Shown: one piece after another, positions 10,601 through 18,694 of the stretch
Numbering within the stretch: the stretch's first letter is position 1
Layout of the letters: every line of letters starts with the position of its first letter
IMG/VR virus record: IMGVR_UViG_3300025137_000026
Location: 12,945-76,944 of that record
From: a virus
Direction: 5' to 3' (one strand)
DNA length: 64,000 bases
Program-made: the position numbers and the translations under genes
Notes under the pieces: generated by a model
Told to the model about the DNA's origin: nothing
Database searches by the model: none
What the model saw: the letters and a program-made list of their open reading frames with translations, nothing else

Positions 10601-12737
10601 TATGCCAAGCAGAGGTAACAGGATTTGGAACAATAGCGTTAAGAAAAAGATGACTGCCCTCATGGCAAGCAAGGGTGAATCGATGAGCTTCGATCAACTC
10701 GACCTTGAGTCTAGAAATTACATTGATGCGAAGAATGCTATGGCTGCAGCAAGTGCTGCCTTTACTGCGAGAAGCTCAAATAACCAAGATATAGGTTTGG
10801 GGCTAGAGGTCTTGCGCACATTAGCATTTGGAATGGTAAATACAATGAAAGGTGCATGGACAGGTACAATGTCTATCCCTGATATTGGAAAAGCACTTGG
10901 ATTGAATGCCACAATGCTAAGAACGGTAGGTGGAGCTTATGTAAACCTTGCAAAAGAGATGGCTGGTAGCTTACTGGAAAGCTTTGGCATAGAGATGCTC
11001 AGAGCAGACAAGTATGCATCAGACTTGAACGATGTATTTAGTAGAGAAGCCGGAATGTCCACTTTTAGTGAGAATATCACTGAGGTAGGGAAGGAGGGTA
11101 GCTTATCGGGTATGCAACTTGGACTTCGTAAGCTAAAGAACTCCGTAAATGCTATTTCTATGATTGGTGCAGGGCAAAGAAAGAAGACCAGTGGGAATTA
11201 TGTCCCAGCATCCTTACTTACTCCCTTAACTGCACCCTTTACTTACCTTGCTCAAGCAACCAACAAGTCAATAGCCCTGTCTATGGCAAATACAATTGAG
11301 CGTTTTGTAATACAAGCTGCACACGCTCTAGATGCCAAGGGAGTTACCCTAGATAACAACACTTTTGAGATAAAGCCAAGTGACTTAGGTTATGAGGATA
11401 GTAAACTAGATGGCTATATTTTTGGTAACATAGCTATGGTGGAGAAGCTCAATGAAAGACTTGTCTCAGAGGGTATGTCTATAACTCAGCTAGCTCAAGA
11501 TTACAGAAGGCGGACTGCTAATGACCCTGATGCAAAAGCCTTAACCAGAGATGCAGTTTTAGCCTCTTACAATATAGCTATGTCTGAGGTAACTTATGAT
11601 ACTATGTCTGGTAAAGGTTCTTGGACACAGAGTGGTGGAGGTCAGTTCCTTTCCCCACTCGTTGGATGGTCAGTTTCTTCTTATAACAAGAGTATCAATC
11701 AAATGAGAAATAAGGAGGGTAGGCTAGCAATGAGGGAAAGCATTAGGTATATGCTTTTGACTTCTGCATGGCTATTACCTGCTGGTATTGCTTTTACTCT
11801 CTTTACTGATTGGTGGGACGAGGAGATACTGGGTAAACCAAGCTCACTTCGCAAAGTACCTTACAAGGCTGGGCTTCCTATCATGGGATTACCTTTGGCT
11901 ATGACTGACCCTAGGTTTGATGCAATCTCTTTGATGGAAAGGGCAGGTCGAGCAAACAATATCATGGGTATAGCTCAAGAGTTTGTGTCACCCTTACTTA
12001 TCGGGCAACTTGACCCATCATCAATGGCAGGTCGATTTGACCCGACTAGGAGAGTGCTAGCAATATCTACACTAATGAACACCGTTGGTGCAGCTACCAA
12101 TTACTTGAATGCAATCAGGACCAGTAATAAGGAAGCTGATGATTTCGTGCCGGATTACTCTACAGTTGTTAGACCATTAATGTATGCCATGGGATTGAAT
12201 GCAGTTGTACAGAATGCACAGATGGCAACTCACTTAACCGATATAGAAGAACTTGACCCGACTGGATTCCTTTCAACGGAGAGAAGAGTAGCCGATATAA
12301 CAGGCATGAGGAACTCCCTCAGAACATACTCTAAAGTTATGGGCATGGAGATGCGCAAGGGTGGATTCATGACCTATACTGCCACTGCTATGGGTAATGC
12401 CCTTAAGCGAATGGAGCGGGCAGCATACGCAAATGATAAGGAAGAGTTTAAGGAGGCATATAGAAAGGCAGTATCTTTATCTGAGTCAGAAGACCCAAGG
12501 AAGGATGTTATAGATAAATTCAAGAGACGGCATCTTCGTCAGGGAATTACTCGTTACGCTTTAACTGACCGTGACTTGCAGGCTATATTAAGTGTACTGA
12601 GTGACGGAAGAAGAGATAAGCTAACAGACTCTATGAGGAATCATGAATTTTACTTAAGAGGTATAGGGGGCAAGCCTACTGAGTCTAGAGGTAAAGCATC
12701 AAATTACTCAGAGGAACTGAGACGTCTCGCACTATGA
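1689..12737 (+). CDS. Giant polyvalent/internal virion protein with zincin-like and ADP-ribosyltransferase (ART-PolyVal-like) domains
   Basis: 3682 aa; Gly/Ala-rich N-terminus (GGEGITEALQE); EEVAH...HEFWA metallopeptidase-like segment at about 6900-7120; YYRG...VFTENEFDAQGYA...LNVKNTLD...GYDSI...IFD ART-like segment at about 7371-7856. Confidence 0.75.
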   Translation: MPSVAVSSYREFLRNNGQVDKADNYSDGDLALELKQQIEQRGWNIEEFAAGRGDTELVPLIKEAYGANKTYSGILDAPAQQYYTKKQGFKQGAAAGLGAIGMDETERDLMRSAQRDARKGARAGREIFDDYTLIDSFEDLLKYVGQGATRSIVDIVPSMVTAVAGRGVGSKIQKTLEKTDKLSDLKKKAEKYLGEDYGAKAGMGAGALGSSALENTGHVYGDLYEYTKLDPTDKDYLSPAEARALSMFAGGVSGALDSALPVFLLGKLSKSIGKDAAQQEVGKLFKSLPDGMVFLAQGAGGEGITEALQEVVQMATVKYHTGEEWNQKDWERMINGGLLGAIGGGTVTAATGGVARLLQPGQPNEDAELSDAPLEQSTQERIDIRNRFEEKKLNKLTEEGLGTLVTQRGSKRSARVLSVDNKAKVAVVEYANGNTEKINVTELTILEGKTKLIKPEDLKAMSDERLEDLKALKPAMVQDIEAEQESRKEEVDDDTIQTQTTQLEVKATKDGQLIVNDLSSRERVYSATFREEDGVLYIENEAVDAPTDQRKQQSQDILYRQARKKAQDEGLILSLGGKVEFPVPSFDAMDFGDMYTEFAKAIQVINSLEDGSDAQNAVVDAYRPLMQRMHTEGLLETDGGASHRMLDSVETKKNNSAFLKNNPVLARTLGHQIFTDIEAEIENYVDTLSQEQINEGQIQKDAKAIADLYVEEIDGLSTTDALTLARAATKKFAEQHLQDGQWKTETNFDIQTREDEKKAEENKRLQTAKDNFDEHEPEVGKFVRLDKDDKTKFVRITSVDPDTNSFKTEETGDNSVSASAIIKIDTRRGLRIGDFNAIQKQDGSITTKLTVYGNDTENKKGRQGVELSVTEDGKVTHVKYGEKTIAIDEDKNLTLESDNLKSEIGNLVLEEKKVKTPRTKTIFIAPGIAKKGDKILIKPIKIAKSNGAKGGFEVKPLLDTNGEVEGFTEGEDVFAFDKPVQPSEWIEAARSKLAGEGKFKTIPTLTAEEKKARAEAEANPSNVLSFFSRQKKKLIPSTEIIEIPEGGIKDFDTANKFINSIDLGKSGSTTSKKALVLRYFKEGETENPVYLVRTITAPTDADGNKGRTIVGMTTHASGKNKSKRKITPLSSTKGGLDLTDENFQEHFDDDTDLARLEIVELLSFSEEARVEANFESEEAYKQAIEQTTDYEFIRSKTTKEVQDFVKQGSDRAKRIESLVMDGDKFNPLLNIYGPDINAGVLSDLKKDIKDRASKSSDKDIKELGKKISKSEQIRIVDLDAFITHIQVGDKGEVTHGLDVLTPKEGYYNQVKEALENYRTKDGKVQKSESKKKASAQGGATNVDQVSESGMQGESSIQGLSPVDILALKENIESREKDEEETPEVEEEEPWHDPMDLQQDGRVFYPNGDRAESPVHKVNINGKDTYVTSVIEMDGSKTWYRYGDKDGNNGKVYAPASDYPVQAGTKKELIQELEKEEAPVKESDELTDTERLFKDESFNLDGLSSPDFKSSDTSEGSATNEVNEEAVEFAEGILTAKGISEADKERLKDKIALHKDGAGVDGNSLYATAMDVFNNTESNKLLESVGEIAHTEAALEGEIQRHIDEPKNPRLKKNPLSQELQQENEQAVTGFLDGMKVDGEPVRLSALINRMIQGMDGSTELSGAILDMAQTLLAHPFAKKLKVEFRSWDNFKHGIQNDGNNGKLTRAYVRGDTIVMGPSFKLQADSDLNAMESLQITFMEEVAHRVLGTAVEAGIQAKRKGKLPRGVAKIMSLKQATKFYDETKELMDWLRTKTDGKYYHGLLNQHEFWANFATNPEFRKFLNQPMPQQMRRKFNSRFERVIDWILDLASKLFDVDFTLNRTASTEIRKRYRTLLRTSDKMAANDIDLMSQSQNKLYYRGDSANRTDSNGLIVFTENEFDAQGYAAQGMADEDASDVELEEMADKAEANTQAFNLNVKNTLDLTKGVEGWKVLQSLDDKGDRNVGNILNKGWQLNAENVSNIRYTWWSNTTSSFQVFWKDVIVPQLIEKGYDSIKYRDDNHDTIGIFDAENATEISPELQQMESAGSIDDSASVAQGTLRAHMASLKDFGSVVKGALADLGEGLAMTPERMKEFITIEGRTTPDVLAKILGKKAKVLAEEAQQQLAEATSPDIKALVDTAENINDLETRANKDTGARNLYNLLTGAKESVQKLYSEIKHSKDTALKTIEEKKARMEAMTKPKSMFDAQKTQAVFANYFKKALFNKTEKGEYSNAQAFEVAMGLKPTPITLLRELKISEQKLYELMDRLAEAQDAKDFLELKTAKEIFDLMDIKAADVGIKNPDLDQAVQAAIALMLGSDQKNDVPRSAFTVRMRLAPGRIAGTSVEEAVQLIKAASMGRPTPDVKDKSMMSILKNVRKLREEIDSIEDDLKKTLEEEKVAEKFIEAYNDRIDDLDEYFDSTAPVEIHEGAKYEILRMDGSGKMISEMLTFSLGKGESSNEAKMMAARASELFKIMDTQEYKDQYEGKAKDRYFKQLAKELRKPNFGIQYTSSHAGFLHAAASALQERFARLGPPGKAIATVLNEYTRDYQSEAGKIFGQGRRVSQAMQRLHREMSASHENLNQFMKGFGSKLFDWFNERPDLQGQEELAINKVWKELKELDPTREYTEDGRKALRAYLKQWSIQNENFQRLYKKYDISVLDEDVERERLAGGTPDALYRRFVDQGVFTTPRRLNMDKIGAVVKLLKVDVADNFQFESSLFEEIFEGMGEAEQEGSDATESFTQSMGKLIDTELSNLFFKPLFMGKSAHTTPFSLTADKDEGKSVRILLPEELERAWRNAEGKNPGIRVANAILNLTKNLPDADQTTLKSLLGQFAHRANALISAEQEARDELRDISEEVSGLTTMMQGSRMHSSIHSRTLYNILPGEFFEYEMYDETSSGQYLSKIMMTAKFGRNGEKITGNYQAILDNYSGSYRKYRAYMGELGIQPREGAMPSRGNRIWNNSVKKKMTALMASKGESMSFDQLDLESRNYIDAKNAMAAASAAFTARSSNNQDIGLGLEVLRTLAFGMVNTMKGAWTGTMSIPDIGKALGLNATMLRTVGGAYVNLAKEMAGSLLESFGIEMLRADKYASDLNDVFSREAGMSTFSENITEVGKEGSLSGMQLGLRKLKNSVNAISMIGAGQRKKTSGNYVPASLLTPLTAPFTYLAQATNKSIALSMANTIERFVIQAAHALDAKGVTLDNNTFEIKPSDLGYEDSKLDGYIFGNIAMVEKLNERLVSEGMSITQLAQDYRRRTANDPDAKALTRDAVLASYNIAMSEVTYDTMSGKGSWTQSGGGQFLSPLVGWSVSSYNKSINQMRNKEGRLAMRESIRYMLLTSAWLLPAGIAFTLFTDWWDEEILGKPSSLRKVPYKAGLPIMGLPLAMTDPRFDAISLMERAGRANNIMGIAQEFVSPLLIGQLDPSSMAGRFDPTRRVLAISTLMNTVGAATNYLNAIRTSNKEADDFVPDYSTVVRPLMYAMGLNAVVQNAQMATHLTDIEELDPTGFLSTERRVADITGMRNSLRTYSKVMGMEMRKGGFMTYTATAMGNALKRMERAAYANDKEEFKEAYRKAVSLSESEDPRKDVIDKFKRRHLRQGITRYALTDRDLQAILSVLSDGRRDKLTDSMRNHEFYLRGIGGKPTESRGKASNYSEELRRLAL

Positions 12738-13147
12738 GCAAAAATAAAAGGGCCGGTACTTTATATGAAACAATGTTTATCACGGATGCTCTTACTCATG
12801 GACTTGATGTATCAACCACAATCGGGGACTACTCTCAGTACGATTGCATTGTAGATAATGGAGGGAGTCTTACTCGCATACAAGTTAAGGGAACTCAGTA
12901 TAGGCAATCAAAAACTGGCTACAGTATAACAGTTGGAATGGGTGCTAGAACTTCAGAGAAGAATCATTATGCAAAAAATGCATTTGATGTGCTAGCAGCA
13001 TTGGTAATTAGTGGAGGTGAAAGATTTTGGTATTTGATACCCAAGAAGGCAATCGGGAATCGAATAAGTATCAAGCTGTTTCCTAACCCAGAAAGCGAGG
13101 GAATGTGGGAGAAATACAGACATGGCTGGAATTTGATTTGCTCATAG
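12734..13147 (+). CDS. PD-(D/E)XK endonuclease (PDDEXK_5 / group I intron-associated type)
   Basis: GTLYE...IGDYSQYDCIVD...RIQVK pattern. Confidence 0.8.
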   Translation: MSKNKRAGTLYETMFITDALTHGLDVSTTIGDYSQYDCIVDNGGSLTRIQVKGTQYRQSKTGYSITVGMGARTSEKNHYAKNAFDVLAALVISGGERFWYLIPKKAIGNRISIKLFPNPESEGMWEKYRHGWNLICS

Positions 13148-13172
13148 TAACCTAAAGTATTAGGTTACATAT

Positions 13173-13259
13173 ATGGCTATCCCTAATAATTGTAAGAGAA
13201 GAGATTTAAGCATCAATAAACCCAAGAGGAAAATAACCAATGGTAAGAAGAAAACCTAA
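13173..13259 (+). CDS. 28-aa basic peptide (not in ORF track)
   Basis: MAIPNNCKRRDLSINKPKRKITNGKKKT; starts 4 nt after the 22-bp motif. Confidence 0.4.
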   Translation: MAIPNNCKRRDLSINKPKRKITNGKKKT

Positions 13260-13341
13260 GAAGTGTTGCTGTCAGAAAAAGGCAGATAAAACTAAGTTAA
13301 AACTTAACAAGCACATAAAGCGTCGTGGCAAGAAAGCCTAG
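13240..13341 (+). CDS. 33-aa Lys/Cys-rich peptide (not in ORF track)
   Basis: MVRRKPKKCCCQKKADKTKLKLNKHIKRRGKKA; tiles between neighbours. Confidence 0.45.
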   Translation: MVRRKPKKCCCQKKADKTKLKLNKHIKRRGKKA

Positions 13342-13573
13342 AATTTATAAGAAGGGTGCTAAGGACTCTGAGTACGATAGGTACAATGGTAAGCCTGAGC
13401 AAATAAAGCGTCGTGCGCAGAGGAATAAGGCTAGGAAGAAAGCCGGATGTAAGAAAGGGCAAGAGGCTCACCATGTGAAGGGCAAGCGTACAGGAAACCT
13501 TACTGGTCCTGTGAAATGTATTAGCAAGAAGAAGAATCGCTCAATGCAACCCAAGAGAGGGAAGAAGAAATGA
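13325..13573 (+). CDS. Small basic minimal HNH-like protein
   Basis: Y-x-GKPEQIKRRAQRNKAR...AHH...N...KNRS pattern resembling small phage HNH-like proteins. Confidence 0.6.
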   Translation: MARKPRIYKKGAKDSEYDRYNGKPEQIKRRAQRNKARKKAGCKKGQEAHHVKGKRTGNLTGPVKCISKKKNRSMQPKRGKKK

Positions 13574-13779
13574 GCAAAATGGAATACCATGAGCAGGTTG
13601 ATGCTTTTTCCATAGAGCTAGAGAATCTAATTAGTAGATTCCAGAACGAATTTGATCTGACTTTAGAGACAATGATTGGATGCCTTGAGTGTACTAAATC
13701 AATATTATCACAACCTATGATCATAGATATGGGTTCAGAAATTTTAGAGGAAGATGGCGAAGAAGAAACAGAAGTCTAA
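13570..13779 (+). CDS. Small acidic hypothetical protein
   Basis: 69-aa ORF with ATGA coupling. Confidence 0.6.
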   Translation: MSKMEYHEQVDAFSIELENLISRFQNEFDLTLETMIGCLECTKSILSQPMIIDMGSEILEEDGEEETEV

Positions 13780-13915
13780 GAAAGACGCTTGCTACCATAA
13801 GGTTAAGAAGCGCTACACTAAGTGGCCTAGTGCATATGCATCAGGTGCATTAGTTAAATGCCGAAAGTCAGGAGCTAAGAACTGGGGGAACAAGTCCAAG
13901 AAGAAAAAGAAGTAA
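13754..13915 (+). CDS. 53-aa basic protein with KDACYHKVK..WPSAYASGALVKCRK motif (not in ORF track)
   Basis: Manual translation; motif recalled from marine phage proteins; TAATG coupling to next gene. Confidence 0.75.
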   Translation: MAKKKQKSKKDACYHKVKKRYTKWPSAYASGALVKCRKSGAKNWGNKSKKKKK

Positions 13916-14142
13916 TGGCTAAAGAGGGATTAAAGAAATGGTTCTCTAGAAATGGGGGCAAGGGATGGATAGATTGTCGCACTGGAAAGCCTTGTGGAAG
14001 GAAGTCAGCAAAGAAAGGGAAAAGTAAAAGACCATACCCAGCATGTAGACCAACTAAGTCCCAATGTAACTCTAGCATGAAGAAGAAGACTGGACCTAAA
14101 AGAATTTCGTGGAAGAAAAAAACTAAAAAACGAGGAAAATAA
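13915..14142 (+). CDS. Small basic Cys-containing protein (DUF5872-like)
   Basis: GLKKWF...W.D..TGKPCGRK...YPACRP motif. Confidence 0.7.
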   Translation: MAKEGLKKWFSRNGGKGWIDCRTGKPCGRKSAKKGKSKRPYPACRPTKSQCNSSMKKKTGPKRISWKKKTKKRGK

Positions 14143-14143
14143 A

Positions 14144-14275
14144 ATGCCAAATATAAATGGGAAAAAATTCCCTTACACTAAAAAAGGAAAAGCCGCTGCT
14201 AAAGCATATAAAGCAAAGAAACCTGCCGGAAAGAAACCTATGGGGAAGAAGCCTATGGGAAGAAAGAAGTACTAA
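14144..14275 (+). CDS. 43-aa basic peptide (GKKFPYTKKGK type; not in ORF track)
   Basis: MPNINGKKFPYTKKGKAAAKAYKAKK...; GAGG upstream; TAATG coupling. Confidence 0.7.
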   Translation: MPNINGKKFPYTKKGKAAAKAYKAKKPAGKKPMGKKPMGRKKY

Positions 14276-14526
14276 TGCCAGCTAAGAAGAAAGCTTGTAA
14301 GCCCACGAAGGGTAAGCGCTTTGCTAAGAGAGTAAAGGGCAAGTGTCGTTCTTTCGGGCAGAAGGGTCAAGCCAAGGGTGGGGGTGACCGAATACGTCCT
14401 GGGACAAAGAAGGGTGATGCCTATTGCGCACGTTCTGCTGGTATAAAGAAATGCAAGAAGCCTCCCTGTGCTAATGCACTCTCGAGAAAGAAATGGAAAT
14501 GTAGAGGCAAGAAATCAATGAAATGA
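14275..14526 (+). CDS. Small basic Cys-rich protein (YCARS...SRKKWKC family)
   Basis: FGQKG...PGTKKGDAYCARSAG...LSRKKWKC. Confidence 0.7.
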   Translation: MPAKKKACKPTKGKRFAKRVKGKCRSFGQKGQAKGGGDRIRPGTKKGDAYCARSAGIKKCKKPPCANALSRKKWKCRGKKSMK

Positions 14527-14657
14527 AGAAGACAAGAACTCAAGTTAATAACATCAAGGAAAAGAATAAGTGCGGTATTAAAGCTAAGAATTCATTCAAG
14601 GCAGGAATGAGCATTGGGCGAAATATGAAAAAGCCTAAAGGTAAAAAGAAGAAATGA
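14523..14657 (+). CDS. 44-aa basic peptide (not in ORF track)
   Basis: MKKTRTQVNNIKEKNKCGIK...PKGKKKK; ATGA overlaps at both ends. Confidence 0.55.
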   Translation: MKKTRTQVNNIKEKNKCGIKAKNSFKAGMSIGRNMKKPKGKKKK

Positions 14658-14875
14658 TTGACTCTCCTTTCGTCTTACTTGGCATTGGTGCTGCTGTATC
14701 TGTGCTTGGATTCTTTATTAAGAGGATGAAGGAGGAGATAGATGTGCTTAAATCTAAGAACACTAGGCTTGAGATTAATCAGGCAAGAAACTACGAGAAG
14801 ATAATTAACCTAGAGAAGGTAACTGAAGACCGAAGGGAAGATATAAAGCGTTTATTTGATGTACTGGGCAAGTAG
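14654..14875 (+). CDS. Small membrane protein, N-terminal TM helix plus coiled coil (holin/hemolysin-like)
   Basis: FVLLGIGAAVSVLGFFI followed by a charged heptad region. Confidence 0.55.
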   Translation: MIDSPFVLLGIGAAVSVLGFFIKRMKEEIDVLKSKNTRLEINQARNYEKIINLEKVTEDRREDIKRLFDVLGK

Positions 14876-15916
14876 TTACTTGTGTACATATCCTTCGGTA
14901 GTCTTGGTATTAGAATGACCTACAGCCTTACCAATCTCCTCTAAGCTAAGTCCTTGCTTCTCTAGTCTAGTGATACATGAGTGCCTCAGGGAGTGAAAGC
15001 TACGACCTACTATATTTAGCCTTTCGCAGAATCTAGAAAAGTAAACACTAGCCTTTGATCTTTTCTTAGGATCAGTAGTATCTTTATGCCATTCAGGAAA
15101 GCAGTAGATTTCATCTTCTACATCTATTTCGGATAGAACTTTTTTAAGGATTCCTCCACCAAAGTTTTCATTTGTGGTATCAATTGATACCATTTTATCA
15201 CGCTTTTCTGTCCATACTACCATTCGGTTTCTATCCTTTATACTAGCCCACTCCAAGCTAGCAATGTCACCAAGCCTAAGACCAGTCCAATAAGATATTG
15301 CGATTGCCTGTCTAAAGAAATACGGAGCATGCTTGATCATCTTATCGACCTCTGCTTCCTTGAAGACTCTCTTCTTCTTGGGTGTTTTTTGATTATGAAG
15401 TAATTTAGATTTATCTATCTTGATGAACATTATTGGGTTAGTAATAACATACATCTTTATCTGTGCGAAGTTCCACAACTGATTAAGACTAGACCTGCGT
15501 AGCGCTCGATTACCCAAGCTTGTACCATCATCAGCATTAATGAAATTAAAGATATTGCTTTCATTGATCATAGCCATTGGTTTATCATTAAGCTTATAAT
15601 CACGACCGAATTGATCGTATATTGACATCATGGTGTAGATCGAATTATCGGAGTTAGCCGAAAGCCTCATGTGCTGTTCATACTCTTTCAACACATCTTT
15701 ATACTTCATTGACTTACTGCCAATTATTTTAGTTATTACATCGGAGGATAGAACACCTATCTTCCCAGCATTCTCTAGCTCTTCGATCTTTAAGTCTTTA
15801 ATTAATTGCCTAGCTTCTTTTTTATCTTTAGTCCTCAGATTAGTTGATCTTTGTGAGCCATTCACATCTCGGAAACGCACTGAATAGTTCCCACTCTCAC
15901 TCTTTATTAATTTCAT
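14876..15916 (-). CDS. Tyrosine recombinase (second, no adjacent tRNA att site)
   Basis: TGLRLGD, FHSLRHS, VGHS, TEGY catalytic R-H-R-H-Y set; N-terminal arm-binding-like domain. Confidence 0.92.
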   Translation of the reverse strand: MKLIKSESGNYSVRFRDVNGSQRSTNLRTKDKKEARQLIKDLKIEELENAGKIGVLSSDVITKIIGSKSMKYKDVLKEYEQHMRLSANSDNSIYTMMSIYDQFGRDYKLNDKPMAMINESNIFNFINADDGTSLGNRALRRSSLNQLWNFAQIKMYVITNPIMFIKIDKSKLLHNQKTPKKKRVFKEAEVDKMIKHAPYFFRQAIAISYWTGLRLGDIASLEWASIKDRNRMVVWTEKRDKMVSIDTTNENFGGGILKKVLSEIDVEDEIYCFPEWHKDTTDPKKRSKASVYFSRFCERLNIVGRSFHSLRHSCITRLEKQGLSLEEIGKAVGHSNTKTTEGYVHK

Positions 15917-15950
15917 TTTGTTACACTTCTATTAATTAGGTTACACTTAA

Positions 15951-18437
15951 TCAAGCTAATTGTTTATCTTGTATTTCAACATCAGCTTGTACGGCTAGCT
16001 TGCCTTTTAGCTTATGCCACTTGGCTTCCATTTTAATTTCAGGCTCAGTATCGACACGCTCACTATCGAAGCTAAGGAAATGCTCAGCGAATATTTCACT
16101 GGCAGAACCCTCCTTGAAGTCAGCAGGTACATACTCACCTAGTAGGCAGATAGTTGCTGCATCCCTCTTGTCTGCAAGCTTATCGAACATTGCTTCCTCG
16201 ATGGTATCTTGATTGAGCAGAACCTTGATATTCACATCCTTGGTTGAATTGAGTCTGTATACTCTACCCATAGCCTGATGAAATGCACCATAGCTCCAGT
16301 CAAACGAGCCTATGATCATATTGTTACACTCATTGAAACTATGACCAACTGCACATCTTGAACCAAAGGCAAGAACTCTAGTCTTACCACTCTTAAAGTT
16401 GTTAGCTTCCCTTACATGGTTACTAGCCTCTGAATCAATTCTTGAGCATTCTATACCAGCTTCACCAAGCCTCTTGATTAACTCCGTTGTCTGCCCGCAT
16501 GAGGACGAGACATGGATAATCTGCTCACCTCGCTCTAGTGTCTCTCCGATAAGTTCAAGAGTAGTGATCAGCTTGGGATTGAAGTTAGAGTTTACCCATC
16601 CGTTATTGAAGTATCTACCAACAGGATCCGCGCAGATACCTCTGAGTCTTTGTAACTGCACACCATACTTAGTCTTGGGGTCACGGAATGGAATATTTCT
16701 AATGTCAAGGTTGTGGGCATAGAGTTTCTTCTGTGCAAACCCAAGTGGTACACGGATAGTCTCAACATTGCAGTCAACCACATCAGGATTGCACTCCTCC
16801 TTGGATATGTAGGCAACGATAGATTTAAGTACCTTGAGCAATCTTTGAGTCTGACTGATTGTTGGTGAAGTCTTTTGGCATACTGACCCATTGCCACGTA
16901 AGGACTCCTCGGTGTAGTCTCGCTCTTGAGTTAGAAATGTAGTTCTGAATGCAGTTTCAGACTCAATAGTGTAAGGCCATCTAGGATTACTTTTCTCTCC
17001 ATGATACCAATTAGGAACTGCTAACCATCCGGCAAGTGGGAAAATATTGGGTAACATGTTCGGCACTGGTGTAGCTGTTAAGCAGTAACGATACTTAGGT
17101 TGTAATCGTATTAAGCAACTAGTGATTGCTGAATCTAAGTTCTGCATGATATGTGCCTCATCAATCAGAGCCATATCAAACTGATGCTTAGTTAGAGTGC
17201 AGAGGCTAGGCTTAACAATACAAGTGAATCCATTGCGAGTCTGACCTACACCTCTATGCCATTGATTTTCTGTAGCAGGTGGCTTCTCCTTGTCAAAGGG
17301 TGCATCAAGGTCAAAGTCTCTGAGCCGTGCGCGAAACTTCTCCTCACGCTTATTAGCAGCCCAAGCCTTAGGTATCTTCTCGAATGCCTTAGTAGTACAG
17401 AATGCATTAGGGTAAGTAATATAAACTCCTGGGGGAAGAGTACCACTCGGTCTAAGTAAAGACTTGTAATCATCCAATGTAAAAAGGTTATGCACCTTAG
17501 TATCAGGAGAGAACTTATTAATCTCTGCTACCCACTGGGCAGGATCATGCTTAGTGGAATTACCCGAAGCATCCTTCACCGTACCCTTAGGAGCAACAAT
17601 CAGACATCTCTTAGAGTTCTTAGCATTCTTTATGGCAATAGCCATGCAAGTCTTACCAGTGCCTACATCACCACTTACCATAGCCTCATCCACACAAAGG
17701 ACTCGAGCAATGTAATCCTTCTGCCCAGGGTAGAACGGAATACCATTCAACTCTTCCAACTGCGTGAGCTTATGGTTGTAGTGTTCAAACAGCTTTGGTC
17801 TTAGTTCAGCAACCGTCTTAATATCTAGCATATCAAAGAAGCTCCACACCTTTGTACTAGGGAACTCACCTTGTCCGACTGGATTATCTCGGAATGTGAA
17901 CTCTTGGTTATCATCATCCTTGAATACATAACCAGCATCCACTCCATATCTCTCAATCTCATGATCAATGACATAGGTTCTGCCGTCTGCATCGGTATGC
18001 ATCTTCTTGCTAGATAACGGACGAGTATAAGAGTACTTGAGCCTACGGAACTTGTACTTATTTCCCTTAGTTATCTTTGGCCATGAGCCTTCACCGAAGA
18101 ACTTAAAGTCCTTGGGGCGCTCAGGTTGCTCGAGTGCTTCCAGTACTTTCACTTCATCAATCATGCCAACCATCTCATAGGGAGTCATTGGGCGTATTGG
18201 TGGAGAGGTGAACTTGGATTCATTTAAAGCCTCATTGATTGAAGCTTTGGAGTTAGGCTCGATGTCTACGGAATCATGGTTGTATAACTCCTGTAGTACT
18301 CGTCTGTCTGTAGACACTACTACTAGTGCCATTGGAGTCATGCCATCCACATAGGACAGCTTAGCATCGATGCTTTTATTTTTGGTAGGCTTGGTACGTA
18401 TAGCACCAAGTGGGTTAAGCCACATATTATATTTCAT
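15951..18437 (-). CDS. SNF2-like SF2 helicase/ATPase
   Basis: GDVGTGKT, LIDEAH, LTATP, QAMGRVYR motifs. Confidence 0.9.
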   Translation of the reverse strand: MKYNMWLNPLGAIRTKPTKNKSIDAKLSYVDGMTPMALVVVSTDRRVLQELYNHDSVDIEPNSKASINEALNESKFTSPPIRPMTPYEMVGMIDEVKVLEALEQPERPKDFKFFGEGSWPKITKGNKYKFRRLKYSYTRPLSSKKMHTDADGRTYVIDHEIERYGVDAGYVFKDDDNQEFTFRDNPVGQGEFPSTKVWSFFDMLDIKTVAELRPKLFEHYNHKLTQLEELNGIPFYPGQKDYIARVLCVDEAMVSGDVGTGKTCMAIAIKNAKNSKRCLIVAPKGTVKDASGNSTKHDPAQWVAEINKFSPDTKVHNLFTLDDYKSLLRPSGTLPPGVYITYPNAFCTTKAFEKIPKAWAANKREEKFRARLRDFDLDAPFDKEKPPATENQWHRGVGQTRNGFTCIVKPSLCTLTKHQFDMALIDEAHIMQNLDSAITSCLIRLQPKYRYCLTATPVPNMLPNIFPLAGWLAVPNWYHGEKSNPRWPYTIESETAFRTTFLTQERDYTEESLRGNGSVCQKTSPTISQTQRLLKVLKSIVAYISKEECNPDVVDCNVETIRVPLGFAQKKLYAHNLDIRNIPFRDPKTKYGVQLQRLRGICADPVGRYFNNGWVNSNFNPKLITTLELIGETLERGEQIIHVSSSCGQTTELIKRLGEAGIECSRIDSEASNHVREANNFKSGKTRVLAFGSRCAVGHSFNECNNMIIGSFDWSYGAFHQAMGRVYRLNSTKDVNIKVLLNQDTIEEAMFDKLADKRDAATICLLGEYVPADFKEGSASEIFAEHFLSFDSERVDTEPEIKMEAKWHKLKGKLAVQADVEIQDKQLA

Positions 18438-18694
18438 TATGTTTTCTTTCTGTTAGCGGGTTATTATTAAGCGGCCAAGGCTTTTGGTTTCTTTGGGTTT
18501 GGTTAACGCAACCAATAAGGGCAGGTTTCGGGTCTTCACATGGATTTGATGCCCATGCTCGCCATATCCCTTCTCTCCGCATCCGCAGATTCCCCCGACT
18601 CGGGTAGCACAATACAAATGCTCCTTCGTCATAAAATGGGGGTATAGACGGAGAGTCTATAGAACCCTCTGGTTACAAATTTATTTAATGCGGA

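Noticed and set aside
3983-10912. Long antisense ORFs within the giant gene (e.g. 4316-4930, 9776-10222)
   Set aside because: Ser/Leu/Phe-rich mirror translations expected opposite a Lys/Glu-rich gene
1689-12737. Virion RNA polymerase (N4-like or crAss-like) suggested by size
   Set aside because: No DxDxD or T7/N4-type polymerase motifs found by eye; ART and zincin-like motifs fit a polyvalent protein better
14876-15916. Classical integron integrase with attC sites
   Set aside because: No IntI-specific insertion recognised, and the 22-bp sites are too short for attC hairpins; kept only as an analogy
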